In this document: positions 28,915 to 39,487 of the stretch, piece by piece | How the letters are laid out: each line of letters begins with the position of its first letter | Position numbering within the stretch: position 1 is the first letter of the stretch | DNA from: Bdellovibrionota bacterium | GTDB taxonomy: Bacteria > Bdellovibrionota_C > UBA2361 | Assembly: GCA_044352465.1 (NCBI GenBank) | Contig: JBILDU010000006.1 | Span: 1-58,252 of the forward strand | DNA: 58,252 bases | Direction: 5' to 3' | Made by a program: the position numbers and the translations under genes | The notes under the pieces: model-generated | Databases searched by the model: none | What the model was told of the DNA's origin: nothing | Seen by the model: the letters and a program-made list of their open reading frames with translations, nothing else

Positions 28915-29531
28915 ACTCCCTCGGTGCGACCGTGGCTGGTCGTGACGTCGTAGGCTCGATCACGGGCATGAATCTCTTTTAAGACCTCTCGCACAATCCC
29001 GTTCGCCGCGGCGGGGGTCAAAGAGGGGTCCTCGCGGGAGGCTCTCGCCAGGAGGGCGCTCACCCTTTCGCGCTCTGCAAAACAATGCTCGAGGTGACGG
29101 CTCTCGTGGCGCAGCAGCGCGGCGAGATAGCGTTCCCAAGCCTCAATAAGCGACGGCGCGGTGTTCGCCGGGGGGCTCCACCGCGGCACAGTGACCGTGC
29201 CGGTACACTCCACTTTCGTGCGGGAGAAGTCGGGAGCACCGTCTTTACTACGGGGCCACCGCCACGTCATATGCCAAGCAGCAAAGGCATGACGACGCGT
29301 CCCCTGATTGTCGGTGGGACCGAGCTCCCCCATCGCCGCATCGAGCTCGGCGAGAGAGGTTCCGGTAATCTCATAGTAGACGAGGGAGATCTGACCGGGC
29401 GCTGCCCCAGCCACCACAAACTGCGGTGGTGGAGGCACTGCCGCGACACGATTCTCCTCGGCGTCCCGAGCGACCGCGCTATTACTGAATAATAAACTCA
29501 GTAAAGTATAGGTTAACCACCGGTGGTTCAT
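28890..29531 (-). CDS. DUF922-like secreted Zn-dependent protease
   Basis: Signal peptide; YYEITG, PRW, HESRH, YDVTTSHGRTEG. Confidence 0.8.
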   Translation of the reverse strand: MNHRWLTYTLLSLLFSNSAVARDAEENRVAAVPPPPQFVVAGAAPGQISLVYYEITGTSLAELDAAMGELGPTDNQGTRRHAFAAWHMTWRWPRSKDGAPDFSRTKVECTGTVTVPRWSPPANTAPSLIEAWERYLAALLRHESRHLEHCFAERERVSALLARASREDPSLTPAAANGIVREVLKEIHARDRAYDVTTSHGRTEGVQLIPPQR

Positions 29532-30063
29532 CGAGACCTGTCGCTTCATTAATCGCCTCGATCAGCTCCTGCTTGAGCATCTCCTTTCCCGTAACGGTCA
29601 AAACGTCGGTGGAGCGCTTTCCAGAGATCACCCGAATGACCGCATCGCGAATCATCGGCAGCCGACCTTTAAGCATCGGGGGAAGTTCGAAACTCTCTTT
29701 CGGAGCACCGCCGCCCCCACCACCACCGCCGCCGTGACCTCCACCACCCTCAGCGCCCCCCTCCAAGCTCACCATCGTGGCAGGATCGTATTCAAGGAGC
29801 ATCTTCACCTTCAGAAACGAGGTGCTCTCTGAGAGGTTCACGATGAAGGGATCGAGCTCCGCGATCTTGTACTCCTTCTTCTCCTCGACCTCCTCAGCAC
29901 CCTCAGACGGGGGCGGTTTCGAACCTCCCAGAAATGCGAAGGCCCCACCTCCGACAGCTAGAAGCGCGACAACGGCGATGATAATCATTTTTTTCTTACC
30001 ACCACCGGCGGGGGCCTCAGCGTGCTCCCCTTCACCTTCTTTTTTCTCAGCTTCCTCTGACAT
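29482..30063 (-). CDS. fliL: Flagellar basal body protein FliL
   Basis: Single N-terminal TM; LDPFIVNL, IRDAVI, GKEMLKQEL, LYFTEFIIQ. Confidence 0.92.
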   Translation of the reverse strand: MSEEAEKKEGEGEHAEAPAGGGKKKMIIIAVVALLAVGGGAFAFLGGSKPPPSEGAEEVEEKKEYKIAELDPFIVNLSESTSFLKVKMLLEYDPATMVSLEGGAEGGGGHGGGGGGGGGAPKESFELPPMLKGRLPMIRDAVIRVISGKRSTDVLTVTGKEMLKQELIEAINEATGLDEPPVVNLYFTEFIIQ

Positions 30064-30386
30064 GGCAACCAGACCTTTATCGGTAAACTCGCCTCGCTGG
30101 ACTGCGTTGAGAAACGCCGCCCAACCACCAAAAGTTCGAACCCAGCGCTTCGATCCGAGGGTTTTTAACACCTCAGGGGAACCAGCACCTTTTCGGCGTC
30201 GCCGAAAACCCCTGGAGGGAAAACAAGGGAATTGCGGGGTTCGTTACACCACCGGTGTTCCCGATTAAAAAAACACTCTGGATGAGCTACTAGATAATCG
30301 ACCATAACTCAGTATCGGTTAAGTGGGATCTTCTGAGCAAAAACGGCGTTCTAGCATGATTTTCGAGAATTACTTTCACGAGCGTG

Positions 30387-31136
30387 CTAGCTCGCCCGAC
30401 CGAAGCGACCCAGGACGAGACCGAGCTCAGCCAGCCCCACAGTGGCCGCTACCTCAACTCGTAACATACGGGGACCGAGGCTCACCGCCTTGAAACCGTG
30501 GTGGATAAATCGCTCCCGTTCGAAATCGGACCACCCCGACTCGGGGCCGACAGCCAGCGCTGCATTTTTAAGGGGCGGGAATACGACGGCCCCTATCCGC
30601 GGCGCTGCGTGGGTGTCAGCGAGAACACACCCGCGCTCATTCGCCACGATGGTCGGCAAAACCTCCTCGACGAACGACTCGAAACTACGGTGAATCTCTA
30701 TGGTTGGGGCCCGGCTATCCACCGCTTGGGCAAGTCCCCGCACGACCTCCTCTTCGATGGCCTCAGGCGTCAACACACTCGATTGCAGATAACTTTTTAC
30801 CGTGTGCAAGGTGCGGATAAAGTGGAGCCTCTGAAGCCCGAGTGTCACGGCAACGTGAATGAGCTTCTTAACCGTCTGCGGGCGGGGCACCGCCACGATA
30901 AGCTCAACATCGACCCGGGGCGGCGGCTCGCGGTCAAATCGAACCCTGCACCGGATCTCCGTGGGACTGACCGCCTCGAGCGTGGCCGATCCGATGTGGC
31001 CCCCTCGAACCGCCGCAGTAATGGTGATTCCTGGCGTCAGCGCATGCTCACGGTTGACGCGCGCAGCCCGCTCCCCGCGGATGACCGCCACGCCATCCGC
31101 AGAGACCTCGTCTGGAAAAAATATGAGCGCGTTCAT
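30387..31136 (-). CDS. rsmE: 16S rRNA m3U1498 methyltransferase RsmE
   Basis: SPOUT motifs AVGPESGW and SLGPRMLRVEVA. Confidence 0.88.
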   Translation of the reverse strand: MNALIFFPDEVSADGVAVIRGERAARVNREHALTPGITITAAVRGGHIGSATLEAVSPTEIRCRVRFDREPPPRVDVELIVAVPRPQTVKKLIHVAVTLGLQRLHFIRTLHTVKSYLQSSVLTPEAIEEEVVRGLAQAVDSRAPTIEIHRSFESFVEEVLPTIVANERGCVLADTHAAPRIGAVVFPPLKNAALAVGPESGWSDFERERFIHHGFKAVSLGPRMLRVEVAATVGLAELGLVLGRFGRAS

Positions 31137-31147
31137 CGGGGACTGAT

Positions 31148-31378
31148 TCAGCTGCGGCAGTCAGACGGACACGATTCGGCGGTTTCGGCGCACGGGCAAC
31201 CGGTCCCCATGCATACGATCTCCTGACACTCTCCATCGCCACACCGATCGACACAGATCGACACGGGACGTTCCTGCCCTTCCGCATGGGCGAATACGTT
31301 CGTTGCGAGGAAAACGGCGAAACCCGCGATAAAAGCGACCAGCCCATCACTGAACCTACGGCGCGACCACTGTGTCAT
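31148..31378 (-). CDS. Small secreted Cys-rich protein
   Basis: SRRRF + hydrophobic + AHA signal; 8 Cys with CGDGxC...ExxxxCPxDC. Confidence 0.75.
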   Translation of the reverse strand: MTQWSRRRFSDGLVAFIAGFAVFLATNVFAHAEGQERPVSICVDRCGDGECQEIVCMGTGCPCAETAESCPSDCRS

Positions 31379-32493
31379 GACACTATCTCTCCTAAAAGTT
31401 TAGCGACCCTCTTCCCTTGCTCATAGAACGTTGTGTACTTGGTGCTCACTACCGTGATTATCGGACCGTCCCGAACGATCCGCTCCCGGCCTTGGAGGTG
31501 CGGGACGGCGTGGGAGAAACCCGCAACCGGCAGCAGCCCTGCATCCACGCTGACGACATCGCTTAACGTCAACGGCTCCGGGAGATCGCGGGACGCCTCG
31601 ATCAAAAATGCGGCGACCTCGCTCTCTGTAATTGCGCAATCGCCTGGTACGGTGACCGGTAGATAGCCGGTGCCAAGAGCGGTGTGGCCATCACGCCGCA
31701 CCGCGAAAAGGAGTCGCCCCTCGCCGCGGAGTGCGACCCCGTAACGCCCCACAAAATCGGGACGCACGATGACGTTGAATGCACGGGCATAACCAGCCAC
31801 CTGTGGCCATTCCCCCTCTCCACGACGAGCGATCGTGGCGACAAACGGCCCCGCGGCGTTGACGAGAGCGCGGCACTCAACCGCTCCGCGGGGGGTCGTG
31901 ACCCGTACTCCTGCCCTCACGATTTCAACGCCGGTGACCGGTGTATGCTCGTGCAGCGCGACACCGAGCCCGCGACACCGCTCCCCCCAGCGCGCCAGGA
32001 GGGCGCGCGGATCGACCATTAAAGCATCGGTCCAAAGGAGCGCCCCGTGGGCGCACCTGCCGCGCAGGCACGGCACAGCCTCAGCCACCGCGGCGGAGGA
32101 CATAAACCCGGTCGGAGGCGCACCACCCGTGACGAGGCCCCCCAGAAACCGGAAGATCATCTGCGCAAAAAAAATCGGGGGGCGACTCCTGAGCCCAAAC
32201 GGCTCGAGGGGCATGACACACGGCAGGGGCGTCACGATATCGGGAAACTCCGCGCACAGAGTTGCTTGGGCCCTTAACGACTCGAGAACGCGCGGGATAT
32301 CGAGCGACTGAAGATAACGAAAACCACCGTGGACGATGCGGAGGGAATTATCGGAGGTGGCCCGACCACATTCGTCTCGCTCAAAGAGAGCGACCGAAAA
32401 GCCCCGTTCCGCCGCAGCGCGGGCGACACCGAGCCCCGCCGAGCCCCCGCCGACGACAACCACATCAAATTGGAAACGGGGCAAGTCACTCAT
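31375..32493 (-). CDS. FAD-dependent oxidoreductase (glycerol-3-phosphate dehydrogenase-like)
   Basis: DVVVVGGGSAG, SLRIVHGGFRYL, VNAAGP, KYTT. Confidence 0.85.
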   Translation of the reverse strand: MSDLPRFQFDVVVVGGGSAGLGVARAAAERGFSVALFERDECGRATSDNSLRIVHGGFRYLQSLDIPRVLESLRAQATLCAEFPDIVTPLPCVMPLEPFGLRSRPPIFFAQMIFRFLGGLVTGGAPPTGFMSSAAVAEAVPCLRGRCAHGALLWTDALMVDPRALLARWGERCRGLGVALHEHTPVTGVEIVRAGVRVTTPRGAVECRALVNAAGPFVATIARRGEGEWPQVAGYARAFNVIVRPDFVGRYGVALRGEGRLLFAVRRDGHTALGTGYLPVTVPGDCAITESEVAAFLIEASRDLPEPLTLSDVVSVDAGLLPVAGFSHAVPHLQGRERIVRDGPIITVVSTKYTTFYEQGKRVAKLLGEIVS

Positions 32494-32622
32494 AGCCGTA
32501 TCGCCGAACAAACTGTATCACGCCCCCGCAAAAGCCGACATCCCACAGGTCGGAGAGTTGTATTGTCGCCCCTGGGGGGCATCTGCTACGGTCCAAGGGA
32601 AAACCCTCTTAACCAAACGCCC

Positions 32623-33696
32623 ATGACCGAACCGAAGAAGCGCAAACGTCGCTCAAAAAAAGCGGGCCTCCCCCCCGGCTCCCTCGTTTATGTCGGCGAT
32701 AAGCCATCGACCAGGGCGAAGCTCACGGTGATTGAATATGACGCAGCGTCAGTCACCGAACGCACGGAGATTCCCGTTGAAGAATGTCTCCCATGCCGCG
32801 ATACCCCCCCGATAAGCTGGATTAATATCGAGGGTGTACATGACCATAACGCGATCGAACGAATCGGTGCGCATTTCGGAATTCATCCACTGGTGCTGGA
32901 AGATGTGATGAACACCGACAAACGGCCAACCTGTGAGGAGTACGAGGGGTATGTTTTTTTTACCCTCAAGATGCTTGGCTTTACCTCACGGGGGCGAACG
33001 CTAACTTCCGAGCAGGTAAGCCTCATCGTAGGGCCCTCCTGGGTCCTCTCGTTCCAGGAAGGGCAAGAGGGGGATGTTTTTGGACCGGTGCGTGAGCGGA
33101 TCCGGGGGGGAAAGGGGCGCATACGTCAGGGTGGCGCGGACTATCTTGCTTATGCTCTTCTCGACGCCATCGTTGACGGCTACTTCGCCGTACTCGAGGA
33201 GATGGGTGAGAGTATCGAGGTTATTGAACAGCGCCTTGCAACCACCCCTGCCGAGGAGGTTCTTAACGAGATCTACGCCGCGAAACGCACCTCGGTATTT
33301 TTGCGCCGGGCAGTATGGCCGGTCCGCGAGATCGCCGCGAATCTTGAGCGGATGGAGCACCCCCTTATCACCCAGAATACCCGCCTCTACTTGCGCGATG
33401 TGTACACCCATACGATCGAGGTCATCGATGTGCTTGAATCCCACCGAGAAATGGTGGCGGGGATGCTGGAGATCTACCTTTCGAGTGTGAGCAATAAGCT
33501 CAATAAAGTCATGATGGTTCTCACCCTCGTGACGACCATCTTTATGCCGCTCAGCTTTATCGCGGGGGTGTACGGAATGAACTTTAAATATATGCCGGAG
33601 CTAGAGCTACCGTACGGCTATCCCCTGATCGTCGCCGTCATGCTGACGGTGGCCGGCACCATGCTAGTCCTCTTTCGTCGTCGCGGTTGGTTGTAG
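32623..33696 (+). CDS. corA: Mg/Co transporter CorA
   Basis: GLPPGSLVYVG, HPLVLED, YGMNF, MPEL. Confidence 0.95.
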   Translation: MTEPKKRKRRSKKAGLPPGSLVYVGDKPSTRAKLTVIEYDAASVTERTEIPVEECLPCRDTPPISWINIEGVHDHNAIERIGAHFGIHPLVLEDVMNTDKRPTCEEYEGYVFFTLKMLGFTSRGRTLTSEQVSLIVGPSWVLSFQEGQEGDVFGPVRERIRGGKGRIRQGGADYLAYALLDAIVDGYFAVLEEMGESIEVIEQRLATTPAEEVLNEIYAAKRTSVFLRRAVWPVREIAANLERMEHPLITQNTRLYLRDVYTHTIEVIDVLESHREMVAGMLEIYLSSVSNKLNKVMMVLTLVTTIFMPLSFIAGVYGMNFKYMPELELPYGYPLIVAVMLTVAGTMLVLFRRRGWL

Positions 33697-33720
33697 GAGA
33701 AGAGGGTCTGCCGGAAGACC

Positions 33721-34938
33721 TCACGGCACGGTTCGATTTGGTGACGGGAGGGAAGCGGCTCGGGAGACCCGCGCTCCCAGAAGCCACACCACTCCGGACA
33801 TGAGCATGACGCCCCCGCCGACTTGCATCGCCGTCGTTAAGGACGAAGCATCAGCTATCCTGCCAACAACGATCGGTGCCAAAAGGGCACCAAAGAGATT
33901 AAGGCAAAATATCGTTACCCCTTGGGTAATCGTCTCCCCCCTTTCCGGTGCGTTAACGACGATGAGGGAATTAACCGGCGCTGTCGCGGCGAAGACGAGC
34001 AGCTCGGCGACAAAGCACAAGACGAGGAAAAGGTTGCGGTCAGCCACGGTGAAAGCGCACCACATCGCCGGTGCACCGATAAGAGCACTCACACCGATGA
34101 AACGGAAAAGGGTTCCAGTCGTATCCCCGGAACGAGCCGCCAAGACGGAGGCGAGCTTCCCTCCACACACGGTCCCTAAAAACCCACTCAAGACCAGGAT
34201 CAAACCAAAGGCGCGGTTAATCTCGGCGATATCGAACCCCAGCTCAACACCGTATTTCGTGACAAACGCCGCAAGTCCCGTCAGGGCAAACGTGTTGAGT
34301 ACGTATCCCCCGATGGCATACCGTAAGATTGGGCGCGCGAACACGGCACGCACACCAACTGCAGCGCGCGCCTCCCCCGACGGCGCGGCCCGCTGATCAC
34401 GGAAGCGCAGGAGAAACACCGCTAGCAGTATTCCGGGGATCCCCCCCACGAAGAAGGCGGCTTGCCAATTGAGGTGGTGCGCCACCTCTCCTCCCACGAC
34501 ATAGCCAAGCGCCGCCCCCACCGGGATCGCCGCGAAAAAAATCGCCAACGCTGAATTCAATTTTATCGGATCACCGATCCGATCTTTAAGAAATCCTGGG
34601 GCAATCGTACTGAAACTCGCCTCGCCGATTCCAACGAGTATTCGCACGGCGAAAAACACCGCGAACCCGGTGGCGAGTCCGGTGCCGATTGTGGCGAGGC
34701 TCCACACCACAACCCCGAGCGCCATCAATTTCGGCCGATCGTACCGGTCGCCGAGATACCCGAATACCGGAGAGAAGAGGAAATAGCCGAAGACAAATGC
34801 GGCTACGAGCCGCCCCCCCTCTTCGTTCGTCAACGCCATGTCGCTCATGATGAGGGGCAAGACCGCCGCCACCAGGTAGCGATCGAGGTAGTTGAGAAGA
34901 TTTATCGCGGTAAAGAGGGCGAGGTGAAGCTTCGGCAT
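33721..34938 (-). CDS. MFS transporter, spinster-like
   Basis: NLLNYLDRY, GYLGDRYDR, RILVGIGEAS, AIPVGAALGY. Confidence 0.9.
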   Translation of the reverse strand: MPKLHLALFTAINLLNYLDRYLVAAVLPLIMSDMALTNEEGGRLVAAFVFGYFLFSPVFGYLGDRYDRPKLMALGVVVWSLATIGTGLATGFAVFFAVRILVGIGEASFSTIAPGFLKDRIGDPIKLNSALAIFFAAIPVGAALGYVVGGEVAHHLNWQAAFFVGGIPGILLAVFLLRFRDQRAAPSGEARAAVGVRAVFARPILRYAIGGYVLNTFALTGLAAFVTKYGVELGFDIAEINRAFGLILVLSGFLGTVCGGKLASVLAARSGDTTGTLFRFIGVSALIGAPAMWCAFTVADRNLFLVLCFVAELLVFAATAPVNSLIVVNAPERGETITQGVTIFCLNLFGALLAPIVVGRIADASSLTTAMQVGGGVMLMSGVVWLLGARVSRAASLPSPNRTVP

Positions 34939-35394
34939 ATGTGTTTTTGTAGCGCGCCACGCCCCCCACCGAAAGTCATCTCGTGACCGCTGCCGACACA
35001 CCGCGGTGAGCGAAATCAAGACACCGTCCTTGTTTAGGACACCGGGACTTTGTCTCCGAACCTGACCGAGATCAGTGGCACCACGAAATTTATCGACCAA
35101 ATTTAGGGGCTTGCATGAACGGCGCCCCTTCTCTACAACAAAAAGGGGCGTGGCAAGGAGATTGCCTTTACCTAAATTCAGAGCACGGATAGCGAAACCT
35201 CGAAGAGGTCTCGATGTGAGGCGGCAAAGCCGTCAAGTCACACGGACCGCACGAAGAGTAGGTTTGGGACAAAGGATTGTCCGAAACGGCGAGCGATTTT
35301 GAGCTGCGAGTTTTCAGTTCAGATCCTCCCGACCGAGAAGGGTTCCCCTGAACCCGCAGTGTTGGGCGACTACTTTTTTTATATGAGGTTAGTT

Positions 35395-35730
35395 ATGGAA
35401 AACACCATTATTGAGCGTCTCTTCTCTTCGTTTACCGATCTTGAAACCGCTATCGAAAGCGCCAAAAGGACTCTGAGAACCAAGGACCACGTTCCCGGCG
35501 AGATTCTCGCGCGACTCGATTCCTACGACGGAATTTTGGCGAAACAACGCGGACTCGCCGCATCTCTGTGTGAGCATATCAATAAGGGCGACTGGGACGA
35601 GGTGAACCGGCATGTGGGGTTGATTAACGGGCTTTCAGCGCTCATTCGCGACGATGCTCGAGCGATCTTATCGGCACTGGTACCATCGAAAGGTTCGGCC
35701 GAAGAGGACGCGACCTCAAACTTTTGCTAA
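35395..35730 (+). CDS. Hypothetical helical protein
   Basis: GAGG RBS before ATG 35395; followed by a terminator-like hairpin. Confidence 0.7.
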   Translation: MENTIIERLFSSFTDLETAIESAKRTLRTKDHVPGEILARLDSYDGILAKQRGLAASLCEHINKGDWDEVNRHVGLINGLSALIRDDARAILSALVPSKGSAEEDATSNFC

Positions 35731-35847
35731 CACTCCGACCAGAAAGTTTTTGTACGTGGGAGCCTTTTTGGGAACCACTTGCAAACCGTTTTCGCTGCGG
35801 CGGTTGGTAAGCTCGGCACTCTGGCAACACTTTCGTCCTCTCTCCTT

Positions 35848-35897
35848 GAGCGGGGCTCTCTGCCGATGCGGACGCGGTGGAGAGCCCCGCTCTTTTT
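35848..35897 (+). terminator. Rho-independent terminator
   Basis: GAGCGGGGCTCTC / GAGAGCCCCGCTC 13-bp stem followed by TTTTT. Confidence 0.7.
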
Positions 35898-35953
35898 CTC
35901 CCCGCTGCGTTGAAGCGGTGGTGCGCCCGATTGATTAGGGGTAATCTCAGTCT

Positions 35954-37003
35954 ATGGCGCAGTCTCACGCTCACGTTGATTTACACTCCGGCCCCGCTGC
36001 TGCGGAGCGTGGTGTCGCCCTCATCCTCGTTCTTTTTATCGTTTCACTCGCGAGTGTTCTCGTCGTCAGCCTCACCTACTCCACCCACCTTGCTTCGCGG
36101 CTCGGAGCGATGACGGAACGGGGCTTTGAAGCGGAGTATCTCTTAAAATCGGCGGTTAATTTAGCGCGTGTGCTTATCAAGGAAGATACAACCCCAGAGG
36201 ACGGCCCCCAGGACCTCTGGGGCGAATTCAGCGGCGGCGTAGGGGTGCCACCCCAACTCCTTGGGCTTGAGACCCCCAACGTGACCGTCGCCCTCGAGAT
36301 ACGACCGGAAGAGTCTAAGATACCCCTGCGAGCCCTCGTACCGGTCTCGAGTGGACCACCCGACCTTAAGTGGCGTGAACTGATGGTGCGGCTCTTCCGC
36401 CGACTCGGGTTCGATGACGACGAAGAGGTCGATCACACCGGCCTCTTTCCAGGGCGACGCTTTACAGCGGAGGAGCTCGTTGCGATCCTGATTGATTATA
36501 TGGACGCTGATAATGACTCCTACGCCCCCGGAGACTTCGCCGCCGGAGTGGAAGGTGAACTGCCACCAAACACCCTCGCCAACGCCCGTATCGCTCGAAT
36601 AGGTGAGCTTGCCGGTGTGCCCGGGTTCACCCCGGAGAGGCTCCGTAAACTGAGTCCCTTTGTCACGGTCTTTGGTAACGGGCGGATTAATATCAATCTC
36701 GCGCCAAAGGTGGTGCTCGAGGTATTAAGCCCAGATATATCGGAGGCCCAGGTCCAGCAGATTATCGAGTATCGCGCGAGCAAAGACGGGCCTTTTAATG
36801 AGCAGTCGTTCAGCTCGGTGCTCTCTGAGATGATCGGCCAAGATACCTGGGAGCGGGTGTCATCGATGTTAACGGTTCGCGGGGGATGGTTTCAGGTACT
36901 CTCCAAAGTTGATTACGGCAATGCGACCTATTTTATGCGAGCCTACGTATCGAAAGCGGGGCAGAAGGAACTACCGGAGATTCGCTCTGTGGAGCTCTTT
37001 TAG
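35954..37003 (+). CDS. gspK: Type II secretion minor pseudopilin GspK
   Basis: RGVALILVL prepilin motif, IDYMDADND, ININLAP. Confidence 0.9.
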   Translation: MAQSHAHVDLHSGPAAAERGVALILVLFIVSLASVLVVSLTYSTHLASRLGAMTERGFEAEYLLKSAVNLARVLIKEDTTPEDGPQDLWGEFSGGVGVPPQLLGLETPNVTVALEIRPEESKIPLRALVPVSSGPPDLKWRELMVRLFRRLGFDDDEEVDHTGLFPGRRFTAEELVAILIDYMDADNDSYAPGDFAAGVEGELPPNTLANARIARIGELAGVPGFTPERLRKLSPFVTVFGNGRININLAPKVVLEVLSPDISEAQVQQIIEYRASKDGPFNEQSFSSVLSEMIGQDTWERVSSMLTVRGGWFQVLSKVDYGNATYFMRAYVSKAGQKELPEIRSVELF

Positions 37004-37137
37004 GCCTTAAAGGGGAGCGAAATATAAGCTCCTTCAGTAAGTTGCCTTTTTTATTCGTCTTAGGCATACTCTTCCCGCTTGGCGGTGAACGTCGGCGGAT
37101 TTTCAGTATTTCTTTGTTAGATTCTAGGTAGTTAGAT

Positions 37138-37377
37138 ATGTCCCACAAGTGCAAAATATCAGGCACCTCCCGCCAAAACGGCCACCGCGTGAGCCACGCG
37201 AACAACAAGACCCACCACGTCTTTATGGCAAACCTTCAAACCCGCCGGGTTTTCCTCCCCAGCGAGAAGCGTTACGTGCGGGTGAAGCTTTCGACCCGGA
37301 TGATCCGGACTATCGATAAGCTCGGCGTCGAGGGTGCGCTGAAGAAGTACGGAATGACCGTAGCTGACCTGACGTAA
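37138..37377 (+). CDS. rpmB: 50S ribosomal protein L28
   Basis: GHRVSHANNKT, NLQ, STRMIRTIDK. Confidence 0.95.
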   Translation: MSHKCKISGTSRQNGHRVSHANNKTHHVFMANLQTRRVFLPSEKRYVRVKLSTRMIRTIDKLGVEGALKKYGMTVADLT

Positions 37378-37390
37378 CCGTTTGGGAGTG

Positions 37391-37425
37391 AAAAAAAAGG
37401 ATCCCTTGAGGGATCCTTTTTTTTT
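37391..37425. terminator. Bidirectional rho-independent terminator
   Basis: A8-GGATCCC-TTGA-GGGATCC-T9 between convergent genes. Confidence 0.9.
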
Positions 37426-37481
37426 GCCTATCGGCTCAATGAGGAATACCTGCTGACATTCAGGCATTCGTCGCCGAATGC

Positions 37482-37817
37482 TCAGTGCAATGCCCCTTTC
37501 CGTTGGGCGTTGAGTCTTTCAGCGTTCAGCTTCACCGCATGAAACGTGGGCATCAGCGGTTGCCCGGTCTCGGTGGAGTCCTTCCGGACCGCCTGTTGCA
37601 GCTCCGAAGGATTAAGAATGCCGAGCCGTTGGGTGTTGGGAACAAATATCTCCCCACACGAGCGACATTGCACCACCACGATGATTCCCTCGAACGTTAC
37701 TTTGGTGAGTTCGGTCGCGAACTGCGTATCGTCATTCCCCGAGGTCTGACAACACGGGCACACGATCTCCTCGATGAACGTCTCAGCGAGTCCCTTCAGC
37801 CTAAATTTCAATGCCAT
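37482..37817 (-). CDS. Zn-ribbon hypothetical protein
   Basis: CPCC and CRSC motifs; GGAG RBS. Confidence 0.7.
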   Translation of the reverse strand: MALKFRLKGLAETFIEEIVCPCCQTSGNDDTQFATELTKVTFEGIIVVVQCRSCGEIFVPNTQRLGILNPSELQQAVRKDSTETGQPLMPTFHAVKLNAERLNAQRKGALH

Positions 37818-37846
37818 CTCCTTGCCCTCTCCACCGAACAACACCT

Positions 37847-38779
37847 TCAGCTCGGGAGGAATTTAATCAGCGTAATCTCCGTACCATGGTGGGCGAAATG
37901 TACTTCATCGACGCTCCCCTTTATTATCGCCAGCCCTCGCCCGGAGCATAAGGGCTGTGTTGGTAGGGTGGGTACCGCCTGAGGCGTAAACCCCCTCCCC
38001 TCGTCACGGATGCGAACAGACAAGCTCGATCCCTCCAGGATCGTTTCGATTGCGATTTTGCGATTCGCGTACTTCGGGTTACTGAGTCGGAGACGCCGCT
38101 CAACCGAGTAACGGTCGACACCCGCACCATCGAACTCCTCGCGCCACGCCGAATCAAGCTCCAGATTGCCGTGATCAAGAGCGTTCAGTAGCGCCTCTTG
38201 AAAGGCAAGCTCAAGCCGCATCTTGGAGCTCTTATCAATTCGCCCTGCCCGAAAAAGTCGTTCAACGATTAAAAACGGAAATTTCATCCTCGCTAGGTCG
38301 TGTGAGGAGATCTCCCACACCCCGCGCTCCGCCGTGAGGTAACGCAAGCTCGGGGCGTCATCGCTCGAGACATCGGGGCGTCGATCCTCGACGACACGTT
38401 GCACCGCCGCACCGAGCTCCTCGATATCGAACGGGGAGACCAGCACATCGGTAGCGCCTTCGCGAATCCAATCCGCCGCCTCAGCGATATGCTCACGGGG
38501 GGTGAGAACGATAACTCGTTGCCCACCAGCATCGCTCGCGGTGCCCCGCAACTGCCGCAGCAACTCGGCTGGGGGAACCTGCGGAAACACCAAGTCCGTG
38601 ACCAGGACATCGAACCGACTCCCCTTCAGAGCGTGCAACGCCGCAGCCGCATCAGCGACGAATTCACAGACCCATCCGAACCGCTCACCGAGCTGCTCAA
38701 AAAGAGTTCGGTTCGCCGCGTTGCGCTCCGCGAACAACACCCGAGGGGTGTCTCGACCGGTAGTGATGGTTATCGACAC
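37847..38779 (-). CDS. Receiver domain + HATPase (RsbW-like anti-sigma kinase)
   Basis: DVLVTD receiver; EALLNALDHGN, DEGRGF, GRGL. Confidence 0.85.
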   Translation of the reverse strand: MSITITTGRDTPRVLFAERNAANRTLFEQLGERFGWVCEFVADAAAALHALKGSRFDVLVTDLVFPQVPPAELLRQLRGTASDAGGQRVIVLTPREHIAEAADWIREGATDVLVSPFDIEELGAAVQRVVEDRRPDVSSDDAPSLRYLTAERGVWEISSHDLARMKFPFLIVERLFRAGRIDKSSKMRLELAFQEALLNALDHGNLELDSAWREEFDGAGVDRYSVERRLRLSNPKYANRKIAIETILEGSSLSVRIRDEGRGFTPQAVPTLPTQPLCSGRGLAIIKGSVDEVHFAHHGTEITLIKFLPS

Positions 38780-38807
38780 AACCCGCTCGCGCCAGTTTGA
38801 GCAGTGT

Positions 38808-39125
38808 CTAGTTGTCGGTGGGAAGAAGCTTATCGAGCATGAGTAGCTCGAACGTCTCTTTGACGAACCCGTTGAGCGGCTTCACCATGAGCACACCGTT
38901 CTCCGATTTGAGCCTCTTGTAGCACATTAAGACCTTGCCGATCCCGTAGCTGTTGATGATCTGCACACCGCTCAGATCGAGAACGATCGTACGTTTACCT
39001 TGATCGAACACTAAGTTAAATGCGCGGCGGAGGGCCTCTCCCTGTGGCTCAGAATCGAGGTCCCCCTCAACTTTGATGTATCCCCTCTCCCCGCGAATCT
39101 CAGTTTGAAAATCGCCTTCGCTCAT
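38808..39125 (-). CDS. STAS anti-sigma factor antagonist
   Basis: EGDLD, IVLDLSGVQIINSYGIG; GAGGAG RBS. Confidence 0.88.
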   Translation of the reverse strand: MSEGDFQTEIRGERGYIKVEGDLDSEPQGEALRRAFNLVFDQGKRTIVLDLSGVQIINSYGIGKVLMCYKRLKSENGVLMVKPLNGFVKETFELLMLDKLLPTDN

Positions 39126-39487
39126 CCGTCGTCTCCTCAGAAAATGACGCACGACCCCCCGTTCGTGGGCCTCGCGTCTAACGGTCCGTTAGGAATATCG
39201 GACGATCGAGGGCTGAACTAAATGCTCTGCTTCAGTCACACGCGAGTCAACCGAAAATCGATGCAGTATCAGACCGTTAGGCTCACGGGGGCCCGCTTGG
39301 AAAGCCGTCTCGAGCGCTCTGCACCTCGGCGACAGCCAGAGGGAGTTGCGGCCCGACCTCTCAACTCATGAATTCGCACCACCTGCCGATATGGAGTAAG
39401 AGCCCTGCATCGCCGTCAGCCCGAAGGGGCCATACCGCGCTCGAGCGACGCGGCTTTCAACGAACCGCGAGGAACGCCCCCGTTACT

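Noticed and set aside
32329..32622. 98-aa N-terminal extension of CorA
   Set aside because: Overlaps the divergent oxidoreductase gene; homology begins at MTEPKK (32623)
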